A stretch of DNA of 62,983 bases, the filler included, from an uncultured Methanosarcinales archaeon (lineage in GTDB: Archaea; Nanobdellota; Nanobdellia; Woesearchaeales; CALCXY01), in the NCBI GenBank assembly GCA_964385185.1. It is 18 parts of 18 records of this genome, joined end to end, with 100 filler letters (N's around TTAATTAATTAA, not from the genome) between each part and the next. Parts side by side here need not be neighbours in the genome. Positions count along the whole stretch, not along the records: positions 1 to 5,376 come from CAYLOA010000047.1; positions 5,477 to 10,747 come from CAYLOA010000048.1; 16 more parts are not named here. One strand, given 5' to 3'. The position numbers were made by a program, and so were the translations under genes. Each line of letters begins with the position of its first letter. The first letter of the stretch is position 1. The notes beneath the pieces are model-generated. The model was not told where the DNA came from. It made no database searches and worked only from the letters and a program-made list of their open reading frames with translations. Positions 1-9,883 of this stretch are shown in pieces.

Positions 1-2
1 TG

Positions 3-83
3 ATTGATGATCTCAGGGTGAGAAGAATGGACACATTCAAGGATGGCAAAATAGAGATTGGAATAGAAATCATAGAGTTATGA
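3..83 (+). CDS. 3' end of a probable RusA-like Holliday junction resolvase (partial)
   Basis: Frame reads IDDLRVRRMDTFKDGKIEIGIEIIEL*, resembling the RusA C-terminus; stop overlaps the next ATG; typical position upstream of phage packaging genes. Confidence 0.4.
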   Translation: MDDLRVRRMDTFKDGKIEIGIEIIEL

Positions 84-1174
84 AACAACAAGTTAAGCGA
101 AGTAAAATCAAGGAAAACCCCAATAATCCTAGAATAATCAAAGACCACAAATACTATTTGCTTGTTAAGTCACTGCAAGAGTTCCCTGAAATGCTAAAGC
201 TGAGACCTATTGTAGTTGATGAAGATATGATGGTGCTTGGTGGTAACAAGAGATTGAAGGCAAGTAAAGATGCAGGGCTTAAAGAGGTGTGGATTGAAAT
301 AGCTGAAGGGCTTACTGAAGCACAAAAAAAAGAATTTGTAATTAAAGATAATACAAATTATGGAGAATGGGATTGGGACATATTGGCAAATGAATGGGAT
401 AGCGTTCAACTTACTGAATGGGGTGTAGATGCATGGCCAAATCAAGATGATATAAAAGTAGAACCGATAGCAGGGCTGACTGATGACGATGATGTTCCAG
501 AGGCAGAAGAAAGTATATGCAAGGCAGGGGATATATGGGTACTGGGCAACCACCGCTTGTTGTGCGGGGATGCGACAAAGAAGGGAGATGTTGAACGATT
601 GATGGATGGGCAGAAGGCAGATATGGTGTTTACAGACCCGCCTTATGGGATGAATGCTGTTAAAAATAGTGGTGTATTATCAAAGAAATATAAAGATATT
701 ATAAATGACGATTCAATTAATGTTGCGATTAATTCGTTTGAATTATTAGATGATGATATTCCTGCAATATGGTGGGGGGCTAATTATTATGCTAACATAT
801 TACCAAATAAACCACACTGGATAGTATGGGATAAGAACAATGGTGGAAGCGACCAAATGGATTGTGAATTGGCTTGGACAAACCTAAAAGGAGTTACTCG
901 TCAATTCACTCTTTCGTCAGAAAAGAAAAACAGAGTACATCCAACACAGAAACCAGTTGAATTAATTAATTGGTCATTAGATAAAGTCAAACCACAAACT
1001 GTATTAGACCTATTTCTTGGCTCTGGCTCAACACTAATCGCCTGTGAAAAGACAGGAAGAAAATGCTATGGCATGGAGATTGATCCGCATTACTGTGATG
1101 TAATAGTTAAACGCTGGGAAGAATTCACCGGGAACAAGGCGGAAAAGTTAGATGGCAAGACCGAAAAAGTATAA
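80..1174 (+). CDS. Phage ParB-N domain / DNA amino-methyltransferase fusion
   Basis: N-terminal NPNNPR...RPIVVD...GGNKR (ParB-like); LGNHRLLCGD; catalytic DPPY; HPTQKP; SAM-binding DLFLGSGS. Confidence 0.9.
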   Translation: MKQQVKRSKIKENPNNPRIIKDHKYYLLVKSLQEFPEMLKLRPIVVDEDMMVLGGNKRLKASKDAGLKEVWIEIAEGLTEAQKKEFVIKDNTNYGEWDWDILANEWDSVQLTEWGVDAWPNQDDIKVEPIAGLTDDDDVPEAEESICKAGDIWVLGNHRLLCGDATKKGDVERLMDGQKADMVFTDPPYGMNAVKNSGVLSKKYKDIINDDSINVAINSFELLDDDIPAIWWGANYYANILPNKPHWIVWDKNNGGSDQMDCELAWTNLKGVTRQFTLSSEKKNRVHPTQKPVELINWSLDKVKPQTVLDLFLGSGSTLIACEKTGRKCYGMEIDPHYCDVIVKRWEEFTGNKAEKLDGKTEKV

Positions 1175-1463
1175 CATCGACAAAAAACAAGTTCAAAATC
1201 TCGCTAGATTTGGCTGTACCAATGTCGAAATAGCAGATTTTTATGGGTGTGATGAAAGCTTAATCCGGCACAGTTATTCCGAATACCTGACAAAAGGGAG
1301 ATCAGAGCAGAAATTACGATTAAGGCAACTTCAATGGGCATCTGCTGAAAAGGGAAATATCGTAATGCAGATATTTCTGGGAAAGAACATTCTGGGTCAA
1401 ACCGACAAGCAAGAAATAGCTTTAGATGCTGATATGAGTTTGGAAGTTCAATTCATAGGATAG
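1152..1463 (+). CDS. Probable terminase small subunit (HTH)
   Basis: MARPKK start, HTH-like GCTNVEIADFYGCDES, IFLGKNILGQTD tail; immediately upstream of the large subunit. Confidence 0.75.
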   Translation: MARPKKYNIDKKQVQNLARFGCTNVEIADFYGCDESLIRHSYSEYLTKGRSEQKLRLRQLQWASAEKGNIVMQIFLGKNILGQTDKQEIALDADMSLEVQFIG

Positions 1464-2671
1464 TGGAAAACAAACGTGGTCGTATAAAATTATCAAAAGC
1501 ATTTAGGCCATTATTTAAGCCCAAAAGATATAAGGTTTATTACGGTGGTCGAGGTGCTGGTAAGTCATGGTCGTTTGCTTATGCCTTATTGATTATTGCT
1601 GCAAGAAAAAAAACCCGTGTGTTGTGTACAAGAGAAGTTCAGGCATCATTGCGGGATTCAGTACATAAGTTGTTAAGTAGTTGTATAGAAGCTAACAATT
1701 TACAAAAGTTTTTTACAGTCACAAGAGATGGTATCTGCGGAAACAACGGTTCAGAATTTATCTTTCACGGTCTAAAACAAGACCCAATGCAGATTAAGTC
1801 ATTAGAAGGTGTAGACATTTGTTGGGTAGAGGAAGCACAGAGGATTAGTAGTGAGTCATGGGATATATTAGTTCCGACGATCCGTAAGAAAGGTTCAGAG
1901 ATATGGGTGAGTTTTAATCCAAATTTAGAATCAGACCCGACTTACCAAAAGTTTGTAATCAACCATAGAAATGATTGTTTTTTAAGGAAGGTTAATTATG
2001 ACGAAAACCCTTTCTTAGGTGATGAGTTAAAGGCTGAACTGAACTATCTGAAAGCAGAGGACTATGACCATTATAAGCACATTTGGGAAGGAGACTGTAA
2101 AACCTTCTCAGTGTCGCAGATATTCAGACACAAATTCCATATAACAGATTTTGTTGCCCCTGAAGGAACTGTGTTTTATTATGGATTAGACTGGGGTTTC
2201 TCTCAAGACCCTACAGCGGTGTTAAGATGCTATGTTTGTGATAATATCTTATACATAGATTATGAAGCAGGCGGTAGGCAGGTAGAATTAGACAACACTT
2301 ATAAGCTAATAGATTCCATACCAGAAGCAAAAAAATACACAATAAGGGCAGATTCAGCTAGACCAGAGAGTATCAGTTTTATAAAAAGACAAGGTTATAA
2401 AATAGAATCAGTGTATAAATGGAAAGGTAGTGTTGAGGATGGGATTGAATTCATTAGAAGTTTCAGGCAAATTTATATACATTCAAGGTGTTTAGAGGTG
2501 GCAAGTGAGTTTGTTAAATATAGTTACAAGGTAGATAGAGCAACAGGTGATGTTTTGCCACATATAGTCGATGCACATAATCACTTCATAGACGCATTAA
2601 GGTATGCACTTCAGCCAATGATAAAGTGTAAAAACACAAAACCATTAATTTCAAAGGTGGTAGGGATATGA
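1463..2671 (+). CDS. Terminase large subunit (PBSX/Terminase_3 type)
   Basis: Walker A YGGRGAGKS, Walker B CWVEEA, SFNP, nuclease GLDWGFSQDP, ADSARP, NHFIDALRY. Confidence 0.95.
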   Translation: MENKRGRIKLSKAFRPLFKPKRYKVYYGGRGAGKSWSFAYALLIIAARKKTRVLCTREVQASLRDSVHKLLSSCIEANNLQKFFTVTRDGICGNNGSEFIFHGLKQDPMQIKSLEGVDICWVEEAQRISSESWDILVPTIRKKGSEIWVSFNPNLESDPTYQKFVINHRNDCFLRKVNYDENPFLGDELKAELNYLKAEDYDHYKHIWEGDCKTFSVSQIFRHKFHITDFVAPEGTVFYYGLDWGFSQDPTAVLRCYVCDNILYIDYEAGGRQVELDNTYKLIDSIPEAKKYTIRADSARPESISFIKRQGYKIESVYKWKGSVEDGIEFIRSFRQIYIHSRCLEVASEFVKYSYKVDRATGDVLPHIVDAHNHFIDALRYALQPMIKCKNTKPLISKVVGI

Positions 2672-3972
2672 TTGAAAGTAGACATCCACAGTACAAGAGT
2701 TTAGTCCAACAATGGAAAAGATGCAGAAATTGCTATCAAGGTGAGGATGCGGTTAAAGCTCAAGGAACAGATTATCTCCCAAAATTGTCCCGGCAAAGCG
2801 ATGATTCATATTTTGCATATAGGCAACGTGCGTCATTCTTTAATGCGGTCAAGAGGACTGTAGATGGGTTGACCGGGGCTGTAATGAGGCTTAATCCTGT
2901 GATTGAGAATGGTAATGATGAGTGGACTAAGGACATAACTGGAACAGGTGTGCATCTGAACGATTTTGTATTTTATTTGTTATCAGAGCAAATATTGATG
3001 GGCAGGCAGGGAATATTAGTAGATCATAATGGAGACAGACCCTATTTGACGGGCTACACGACAGAACAGATACCCAACTGGATGGATGATCGGATTATTC
3101 TCAAGGAGGAGTATAGAAAAACCAACCCTGATAATTTTTATGCCAGTGAGTATGAGACTCAATATCGAGAGTTATTGAAAGAAGATGGTAAATATCTGGT
3201 AAGGATATGGAAAAAAAATGCGGAACAAGTGTACAAGGTAGTTGAAGAGATATTACCAAGCCAGAGAGGGAAAACATTGTCCAGTATTCCCTTTATCGGG
3301 CTTTCAGTTGATGGTATTAACCTCAAGCCAGAAGTGCCTCCAATGTTAGGGTTAGCAGATATGAACCTCTCGCATTATAGGACGAGTGCAGACCTAGAAC
3401 ATGGAAGGCATTTTACCGCTTTACCCACTCCTTATGTAACAGGGGTAGATGCTGAGTCTGAGCTAAGTATTGGAGCAGAATCAGCATGGGTGCTACCAGA
3501 CCCATCAAGCAGGGCAGGGTATTTAGAATTCAGCGGGCAGGGATTACGCGCTTTAGAGACAGCGATGGATCAGAAGCGTTCCATGATGGCATCACTTGGG
3601 GCGCAATTACTTGAAGGGCAAAAAGCAGGAGTGGAGGCAAGCGAAACACTCAGGCTTAGACAAAATAGTGAGATGTCTGCCCTAATGAAGGCGGTTAAGA
3701 CTGTAGAAAGTGGCTTAAACCATGCGTTTGAATATATGACAGAGTGGGAAGGTGGCAACCAAATAAGTGTATCTATTAACACCGATTTCTCAGATACAAA
3801 GATTGACCCACAAGTAATGACAGCGTTAATGCAAGCATGGCAATCTGGAGCAATCAGTCACGAAACATTCTTATGGAACTTGAAGCGAGGGGAGATTCTA
3901 CCTTCTGGGGTGGAGATAGAGGATGAGCGAGATCGCATTAATCTTCAGGCAGGTATTATTTTGGAAGATTAG
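2668..3972 (+). CDS. Phage portal protein (DUF4055 type)
   Basis: YLPKL...Y..RASFFNAVKRTV, NLSHYRTSADLEHGRH; directly follows terL. Confidence 0.85.
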   Translation: MIESRHPQYKSLVQQWKRCRNCYQGEDAVKAQGTDYLPKLSRQSDDSYFAYRQRASFFNAVKRTVDGLTGAVMRLNPVIENGNDEWTKDITGTGVHLNDFVFYLLSEQILMGRQGILVDHNGDRPYLTGYTTEQIPNWMDDRIILKEEYRKTNPDNFYASEYETQYRELLKEDGKYLVRIWKKNAEQVYKVVEEILPSQRGKTLSSIPFIGLSVDGINLKPEVPPMLGLADMNLSHYRTSADLEHGRHFTALPTPYVTGVDAESELSIGAESAWVLPDPSSRAGYLEFSGQGLRALETAMDQKRSMMASLGAQLLEGQKAGVEASETLRLRQNSEMSALMKAVKTVESGLNHAFEYMTEWEGGNQISVSINTDFSDTKIDPQVMTALMQAWQSGAISHETFLWNLKRGEILPSGVEIEDERDRINLQAGIILED

Positions 3973-3974
3973 CG

Positions 3975-4154
3975 GTGGATAAGTTCAACAAGGTAGAAGT
4001 TCATGCGTCTGCTGTATCGTCAGAGTGCTTTGAAATGACAATAGATGATAATGAAATACGCAACATTGTCGAATGGGGCGTTGGTGGCAAAGCTGGTGAA
4101 GTGACTACGGTCACTATTAAATTTATTGCTGACGTATATCATGACGACTGTTAA
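3975..4154 (+). CDS. Small hypothetical phage protein (59 aa, not in ORF track)
   Basis: GTG-started ORF MDKFNKVEVH...IADVYHDDC* fills the gap between portal and head gene. Confidence 0.55.
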   Translation: MDKFNKVEVHASAVSSECFEMTIDDNEIRNIVEWGVGGKAGEVTTVTIKFIADVYHDDC

Positions 4155-5253
4155 TGATAAAGCGTTAGACCAAATTACAGGTCATAGCGTTGATTTGCTA
4201 AGAGTTGAAGCAGGACTGCGGGAAAAAATATTAGATGAGCTGGATGTGCTTGCGGTAACTCTTGTTAAAAAGTTGGAAAAAGCAAAATTACACGAAGTTG
4301 AAAAAACAGCAACACAGAGGAAGAGACTTGAAAAACTGCTCTCTCAAACAAAAAAAACAATAAGCACAGCATACAACGATATTGATAAAATAGAGGATAA
4401 AGAACTTATTGATTTAGCGAGGGTAGCAGAGGCACAGGCTGTAATGACGATTAATACAGCAATCAAGGCCAGCACTTTAAGTGTTGGAATGAGCAAAGAG
4501 ATGTTAGAGTCTATAGGAAAGGACACCTTAATTACGGGCGCACCAAGCAAAGAATGGTGGCAACGTCAGTCCCAGACATTTGAATCAACGTTCAAGGATA
4601 CAGTCCGGCAAGGGCTGTTGTCTGGAAAAGTAACGTCAGAAATTGTAAAGGAGTTGATGGGAACAAAAACCGCAAGGTATAAAGACGGTAAACTAGAACC
4701 AAGGCGCAGGGGGGCAGAGGCATTAGTTCGAACATCGGTACAGGTGGTAGCAAATGAGGCAAGGTTGCAGACCTATGAAAATAATAATGACATCGTAAAG
4801 GGAATTGAGTGGGTATCCACTCTTGATTCTCGCACCAGTCCTATCTGCCGGGTACTCGATGGGCTGATGTGGGACAACGAGCGCAAGCCCATAAATCATT
4901 CAAGGCACTACCCCGGCGCAACCGCTCATTGGAATTGTAGAAGCACACAAGTTCCCATTCTCAAGTCATGGGAGGAGTTGGGGGCAAAAAAGAAATTTAA
5001 GGAGATACCAGAAGGAACAAGAGCCAGCATGGATGGACAGGTATCTGCTAAAGAAGGTTATGAGGATTGGCTGATACGACAAGGTAAGGAAAAGGGCGAA
5101 AAGTTCCAGAAGGACATTCTTGGTAAAGGCAAATGGGAGTTGTGGAAAGCGGGCAAGGTTGGGTTTACTGATTTAGTGGATCAGACAGGCAATCCGGTTT
5201 CGTTAGGGGTGTTGAGAGGGAAGTTAGGGATTGAGAAAAAACAGAAGAAATGA
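4141..5253 (+). CDS. Minor head morphogenesis protein (SPP1 gp7 / Mu gpF family)
   Basis: WVSTLDSRTSPIC..LDG and HWNCRST motifs, RASMDGQV; follows portal. Confidence 0.9.
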   Translation: MTTVNDKALDQITGHSVDLLRVEAGLREKILDELDVLAVTLVKKLEKAKLHEVEKTATQRKRLEKLLSQTKKTISTAYNDIDKIEDKELIDLARVAEAQAVMTINTAIKASTLSVGMSKEMLESIGKDTLITGAPSKEWWQRQSQTFESTFKDTVRQGLLSGKVTSEIVKELMGTKTARYKDGKLEPRRRGAEALVRTSVQVVANEARLQTYENNNDIVKGIEWVSTLDSRTSPICRVLDGLMWDNERKPINHSRHYPGATAHWNCRSTQVPILKSWEELGAKKKFKEIPEGTRASMDGQVSAKEGYEDWLIRQGKEKGEKFQKDILGKGKWELWKAGKVGFTDLVDQTGNPVSLGVLRGKLGIEKKQKK

Positions 5254-5347
5254 CCTAAACAACGGAAAAGTTTGAAAAGCAGATACTTTTTACCAAATTA
5301 CAGCAGGAACAATATCAGATGGTTTAACGGGCAATCGGAGACTAAAA

Positions 5348-5376
5348 ATGAGCGAAGAAATCACATACACAGCAGA
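5348..5376 (+). CDS. Start of next head gene (likely scaffold), truncated
   Basis: GGAG RBS followed by ATG (MSEEITYTA); product inferred from position only. Confidence 0.3.
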
Positions 5377-5476
5377 NNNNNNNNNNNNNNNNNNNNNNNN
5401 NNNNNNNNNNNNNNNNNNNNTTAATTAATTAANNNNNNNNNNNNNNNNNNNNNNNNNNNNNNNNNNNNNNNNNNNN
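5377..5476. other. Artificial contig linker N44-TTAATTAATTAA-N44, first of 17. Others start at 10748, 16039, 20958, 25124, 28649, 32107, 35246, 38355, 41410, 44281, 47123, 49888, 52569, 55214, 57835, 60430
   Basis: Identical 100-nt spacer with stops in all six frames; gene content and apparent taxonomy change abruptly across each one. Confidence 0.99.
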
Positions 5477-6143
5477 CTTTGTCTAGGTCTTTGTTTAAAT
5501 CATTGGTTTCTTCGAATTCTATATTATGTTCTTGCAGTATTTCTTTGTATTTTTCTGGTAATCGTAATTGAGGAGGAGATACTAAGTAGACTGTTATTCC
5601 TGGTTGTTTTGATAGTAAAGTGATGAGTGAATGGACTGTTCTTCCGTAGAGTAAATCTCCCACCATGGCTACACTTACATCTGATATTCTACCAAATTCT
5701 TTATGGATGGTGTAGAGGTCTAGAAGTGCTTGGGTAGGATGTTCTCCAATACCATCTCCTGCGTTTATTAAAGGAACTTGAGATACTTTTGAGGCTGTTA
5801 ATGCTGATCCGACAATGCTGTGTCTCATGATAATCACATCTGCATATCCTCCAATGATTTTTATGGTGTCTGTTAAGGACTCTCCTTTGGAGACAGACGA
5901 GAAATGGCCTGCTGATTCTGTGGACATTACTTGTCCTCCTAGTTTTAACATGGCTGCTTCAAAGGAAAATCTTGTTCTTGTTGAAGGTTCATAGAACAAT
6001 GATGCTAAAACTTTTCCTTGGAGAATTTGTGGGATGGCGTTTTCTTTATCTAATCGTTCATATTCATTTGCATTCGAAAATATTTGATCTAGAATTGCTT
6101 TATCTATGAATTGTTTAGACTTGATAATATGTTTTATTTCCAT
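5477..6143 (-). CDS. pyrB: Aspartate carbamoyltransferase catalytic subunit (3' truncated)
   Basis: FYEPSTRT, KGESLTDT, INAGDG.GEHPTQ, GDLLYGRTVHS. Confidence 0.97.
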
Positions 6144-6218
6144 CTAAAAATTATTATAGGTAGTATAGGGCTTATAAGGATTTGGGTGGTCGAGTTGTTA
6201 TTAATAATTTGGAAATTT

Positions 6219-6280
6219 TAAGGGGGAAGGAGGCTTGCACAGCAAGCCCACTCTCGCAGTCTTTCGACTGCGAGCCCTTA
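6219..6280. repeat. Intergenic branched hairpin (REP-like)
   Basis: GGCTTGC-ACA-GCAAGCC (6232-6248) and CTCGCAGTC-TTTC-GACTGCGAG (6253-6274), closed by TAAGGG/CCCTTA. Confidence 0.6.
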
Positions 6281-6331
6281 GAGACATAATATCATCACAA
6301 GTTATTTATATGGAATGTAGATATAGCATTC

Positions 6332-6919
6332 ATGGCATTTTTTAGTGTTGGGGAGTTAGTTGATGTTGTATTAATGACTCTGTTTGTAGGGTATATCTTT
6401 TCTGGTTATTTAGGGAAGTATAGGCCGGTTGGAGATGATCCTATTGCACATTATCAGCAGAAAAGAAGTATGTTTGGAGTTGATATTGAGGATTTGAAGT
6501 TTGCAGCCATGATTACAGCTCCTGCGATTATTTTACATGAATTAGGGCATAAGTTTGTTGCTTTAGCTTTTGGAATTCAGGCACAGTTTAATGCAGCATA
6601 CTTTTGGCTGATTTTAGGAGTAGTTTTGAAGTTGATGAATTTTGGGTTTATCTTTTTTGTTCCTGCTTATGTGACTATCCTTGGTGGGGCTACACATTTA
6701 CAGAGTGCATTAATTGCTGGAGCAGGACCTTTTGTTAACTTATTATTATGGGGTATTGCTTGGTGGTGTGTAAAGAATATGAAGTTAAAGAAGAAATGGA
6801 TGAGTATTATGAGTTTAACTTCTAGGGTGAATATGTTCTTGTTTTTCTTTAATATGTTGCCCTTCTTTCTCTTTGATGGGTACAAATTCTTCAAAGGAAT
6901 GTTTGGCGTATTGTTCTAA
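6332..6919 (+). CDS. M50 family (site-2) membrane metalloprotease
   Basis: HELGH, AGPFVN, FNMLP...FDG in hydrophobic context. Confidence 0.9.
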   Translation: MAFFSVGELVDVVLMTLFVGYIFSGYLGKYRPVGDDPIAHYQQKRSMFGVDIEDLKFAAMITAPAIILHELGHKFVALAFGIQAQFNAAYFWLILGVVLKLMNFGFIFFVPAYVTILGGATHLQSALIAGAGPFVNLLLWGIAWWCVKNMKLKKKWMSIMSLTSRVNMFLFFFNMLPFFLFDGYKFFKGMFGVLF

Positions 6920-7623
6920 GATTTAGCAGCCCAAGTTTTTTCATCTACCGTTTTGTCTAATACTCTGTGTTTACATTTCATAGCTGTGTCACAGAATATT
7001 TTGTATTTAGCTTTTATTATGTCTGAGCAAAACCAGGTATCATCGTAATTTTCACTTCCTTTTTCATATCTGAATGGTATTTTTTCTAGAATTTCTTTAT
7101 CGAGTAGAAGTGCTCCTGTACCACATTGTCTGACATCTAGTAGTCTTGGGTCTCTTACTTCTTCTACACTGTATTGGATTACTTTATTTTTATCAGAACC
7201 TTCTCGGTATAAGACTGGAAGAAGTACATTTTGATGGGGATCTTTTTTAGGATTAAACACGTTGTAGTATAATCCTGTTATGACTTTCTTTTTATGTTCT
7301 AAAAGTCTCTTTAGGATGTTAAAGGGTAGGATAATATCTTGGTCTACTAAGAATAGGTAATCATACTTTTCTTTAACTGCTTTTTCTCTTAGAAAGTTAT
7401 GACCTTCTATCAACATTTCTCTTAATTCTTCTTTGTGTGGTAAGTATGTTACGTCTTTATGGAGTGTTTTTAGTTTCTCAACGTATTTTTTATCTTTTGA
7501 GTTGTCTACTATGTGAATGTCAAAATTGTCATAGCTTAGATCTTTAACTGCATCTAGGAATTCTTTTAGACAGTATTCGTATTTATCACAAGTAACTGTT
7601 CCTACAAGTATTTTTGGGTTCAT
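6916..7623 (-). CDS. GT-A fold (family 2-like) glycosyltransferase
   Basis: IVDNS, YLFLVDQD (DxD), GTGALL, DDTWFC. Confidence 0.8.
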   Translation of the reverse strand: MNPKILVGTVTCDKYEYCLKEFLDAVKDLSYDNFDIHIVDNSKDKKYVEKLKTLHKDVTYLPHKEELREMLIEGHNFLREKAVKEKYDYLFLVDQDIILPFNILKRLLEHKKKVITGLYYNVFNPKKDPHQNVLLPVLYREGSDKNKVIQYSVEEVRDPRLLDVRQCGTGALLLDKEILEKIPFRYEKGSENYDDTWFCSDIIKAKYKIFCDTAMKCKHRVLDKTVDEKTWAAKS

Positions 7624-7636
7624 GGATTTAGGGTAG

Positions 7637-8050
7637 ATGGGGGTGTTTTTAAATGTTACTAAGCAAAAATCTTTTATAGCAGGAAGAGGTAGGAGTGTTA
7701 TGCCACAGCAAGATTATACATTACTTGGAATATTTGCTATTGTGTTAATAGTGTTTGGTGTGCATGTCTTTTTGAGTGATCCTACTGTATTGGAGATTCC
7801 TAAAGAGGAATTAGGGTTAGAAGAGGTTGAGTTGATTGATAATACTGTTGTTGGTACTTCAGGTGATTTAGTGGGGCAAGCCTTTTTGATAGGTTGTGGA
7901 GTTCATAAGGAAGCTGCAGATAGTGCATTGAAGACTGTTAAACAATTTGAAGAGAAGGCTGGATCTTACAATTATGATTATTTGCAGTTTAGGGCTGCCA
8001 AAAGGAAATATGAAAGAAGTATTGATGCTTATCTTGCCTGTTTAGGTTAA
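7637..8050 (+). CDS. Hypothetical membrane-anchored protein (start probably ATG 7700)
   Basis: One N-terminal hydrophobic helix; no recognised motif. Confidence 0.55.
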   Translation: MGVFLNVTKQKSFIAGRGRSVMPQQDYTLLGIFAIVLIVFGVHVFLSDPTVLEIPKEELGLEEVELIDNTVVGTSGDLVGQAFLIGCGVHKEAADSALKTVKQFEEKAGSYNYDYLQFRAAKRKYERSIDAYLACLG

Positions 8051-8137
8051 ATTCTTGTGTATTCTTCATTATAGTAATCTATTTAAAGACACCCAGGGTT
8101 TCTATTCTATGCACTTAAGTCATAAAAAGGTGGAAGT

Positions 8138-9832
8138 ATGAGCATGCTTTCTTCCGTTGCAACAAAATCAGGAGATTCTGAGTTTTATACTCCTATTCCT
8201 ACTGGATATGAAGTAGGAAAGACAAAATATATCTTTGTAGTAGGGACTGTTATGTCTGGATTAGGTAAAGGTATTTTTAGTTCTTCTTTAGCTAAAGTGT
8301 TTCAAGATAAAGGGTTAAAAGTTACCCCGATTAAGTGTGAAGGGTACTTGAATCTAGATTCTGGAACTTTGAACCCATTTAGACATGGAGAAGTGTTTGT
8401 TTTAGATGATGGGATGGAAACTGATATGGACTTAGGAACGTATGAACGATTTTTAGATCGGAATCTTGATAAGGATAATTTTACTACTACGGGACAGATT
8501 TTTCAGACGGTTTTGGAACACGAGAGAAAAGGAGATTATCTTGGTAGAGATACTCAAATTGTACCTCACGTTACCGGAGAGATTAAGAGAAGATTACGTG
8601 CTCTTGCAATGAAAGAGAAATCTGATGTTGTGTTTATTGAGATTGGTGGTACTGTTGGAGAATTTGAAAATCTACACTATATTGAGGCGGCTCGACAGTT
8701 AGCGTATGAAGAGGGGAAGGAAAATGTCAGTTTTGTTGCTTTGACGTATATTTTGGAGCCTAAGACTCTTGGGGAGCAGAAATCGAAAGCAGCTCAGCTT
8801 GCTTTGCACAAATTGATTGAATTAGGTATCCAACCTGATATTATTGCTTGTCGTGCCGATAATGAAGTCACTGAAAAAATAAAAGAGAAAATTAGTGTGT
8901 ATAGCTCTGTTCCTGTTGATATGATTGTGAGTATGCATGATCAAGAGAGTATTTATTTAGTTCCTGGTTTGTTGTTAAAATCCGGAATAGACCAAGTTAT
9001 TCTAAAAATGATTGGATTGAGTGAGAAAGCAGATGAAGCAATGGCTCGAGAAAAAACCAAAGCTTGGGATGTGTATATTGATAAAATTAAAAGTGTTTCC
9101 AAAGAAATTACCGTCGGTATTACAGGAAAATATACTGAGGTAAATGATAGCTATGCCTCTATAATTAAATCACTGGAGCATTCTGGAGCTTATCAGGGAT
9201 GCAAAGTTAACATTAAATGGATTGATACTACTGATTTGGAGAATGTGTCTATCGCTGATGCTTTATCTGATGTGGACGGAATTATTGTTCCTGGAGGTTT
9301 TGGAACTCGTGGGGCAGAAGGGAAAATTGCTTGTATTCAATATGCTAGAGAGAAAGATATTCCTTATTTTGGATTGTGTTATGGATTTCAGATGGCAGTT
9401 TTAGAGTATGCTCGGAATGTATGTGGGTTGGCAAATGCTCAATCCACTGAGCTTGTTGAAGATGCTACAACTCCTGTTATTGATATTTTACCTGAACAGA
9501 AAAAGATTGAAGGATTAGGTGGAAATATGCGTCTGGGTGGAAAGGATGTTGAAGTTAAGTCTGGGACGAAGGCATTTAGTTTATATGGTGATAAGATAAG
9601 TATTCGTGAAAGGTTTAGACATCGTTATGAAGTTAATCCTGATTATATTTCTAAATTAGAAGAGAAAGGGATGGTATTTAGTGGAAAACATCCTAAATAT
9701 CCTATTATGCAAATATTGGAATTAGCTGACAAGAAGTTTTTTGTTGGAGTGCAGTATCATCCTGAATTGATTAGTAGACCTTTGAATCCTCATCCTTTAT
9801 TCATGGGTTTTGTTAAAGCTTGTTTGGATTGA
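8138..9832 (+). CDS. pyrG: CTP synthase
   Basis: VMSGLGKGI, HGEVFVLDDG.ETDMDLG, EIGGTVG, GATase triad GLCYG / HPE, RHRYEVN. Confidence 0.98.
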   Translation: MSMLSSVATKSGDSEFYTPIPTGYEVGKTKYIFVVGTVMSGLGKGIFSSSLAKVFQDKGLKVTPIKCEGYLNLDSGTLNPFRHGEVFVLDDGMETDMDLGTYERFLDRNLDKDNFTTTGQIFQTVLEHERKGDYLGRDTQIVPHVTGEIKRRLRALAMKEKSDVVFIEIGGTVGEFENLHYIEAARQLAYEEGKENVSFVALTYILEPKTLGEQKSKAAQLALHKLIELGIQPDIIACRADNEVTEKIKEKISVYSSVPVDMIVSMHDQESIYLVPGLLLKSGIDQVILKMIGLSEKADEAMAREKTKAWDVYIDKIKSVSKEITVGITGKYTEVNDSYASIIKSLEHSGAYQGCKVNIKWIDTTDLENVSIADALSDVDGIIVPGGFGTRGAEGKIACIQYAREKDIPYFGLCYGFQMAVLEYARNVCGLANAQSTELVEDATTPVIDILPEQKKIEGLGGNMRLGGKDVEVKSGTKAFSLYGDKISIRERFRHRYEVNPDYISKLEEKGMVFSGKHPKYPIMQILELADKKFFVGVQYHPELISRPLNPHPLFMGFVKACLD

Positions 9833-9883
9833 TTGTATTTTTCTACACATATCTATATAAACTTCAAATTTGGTATTTTACTT

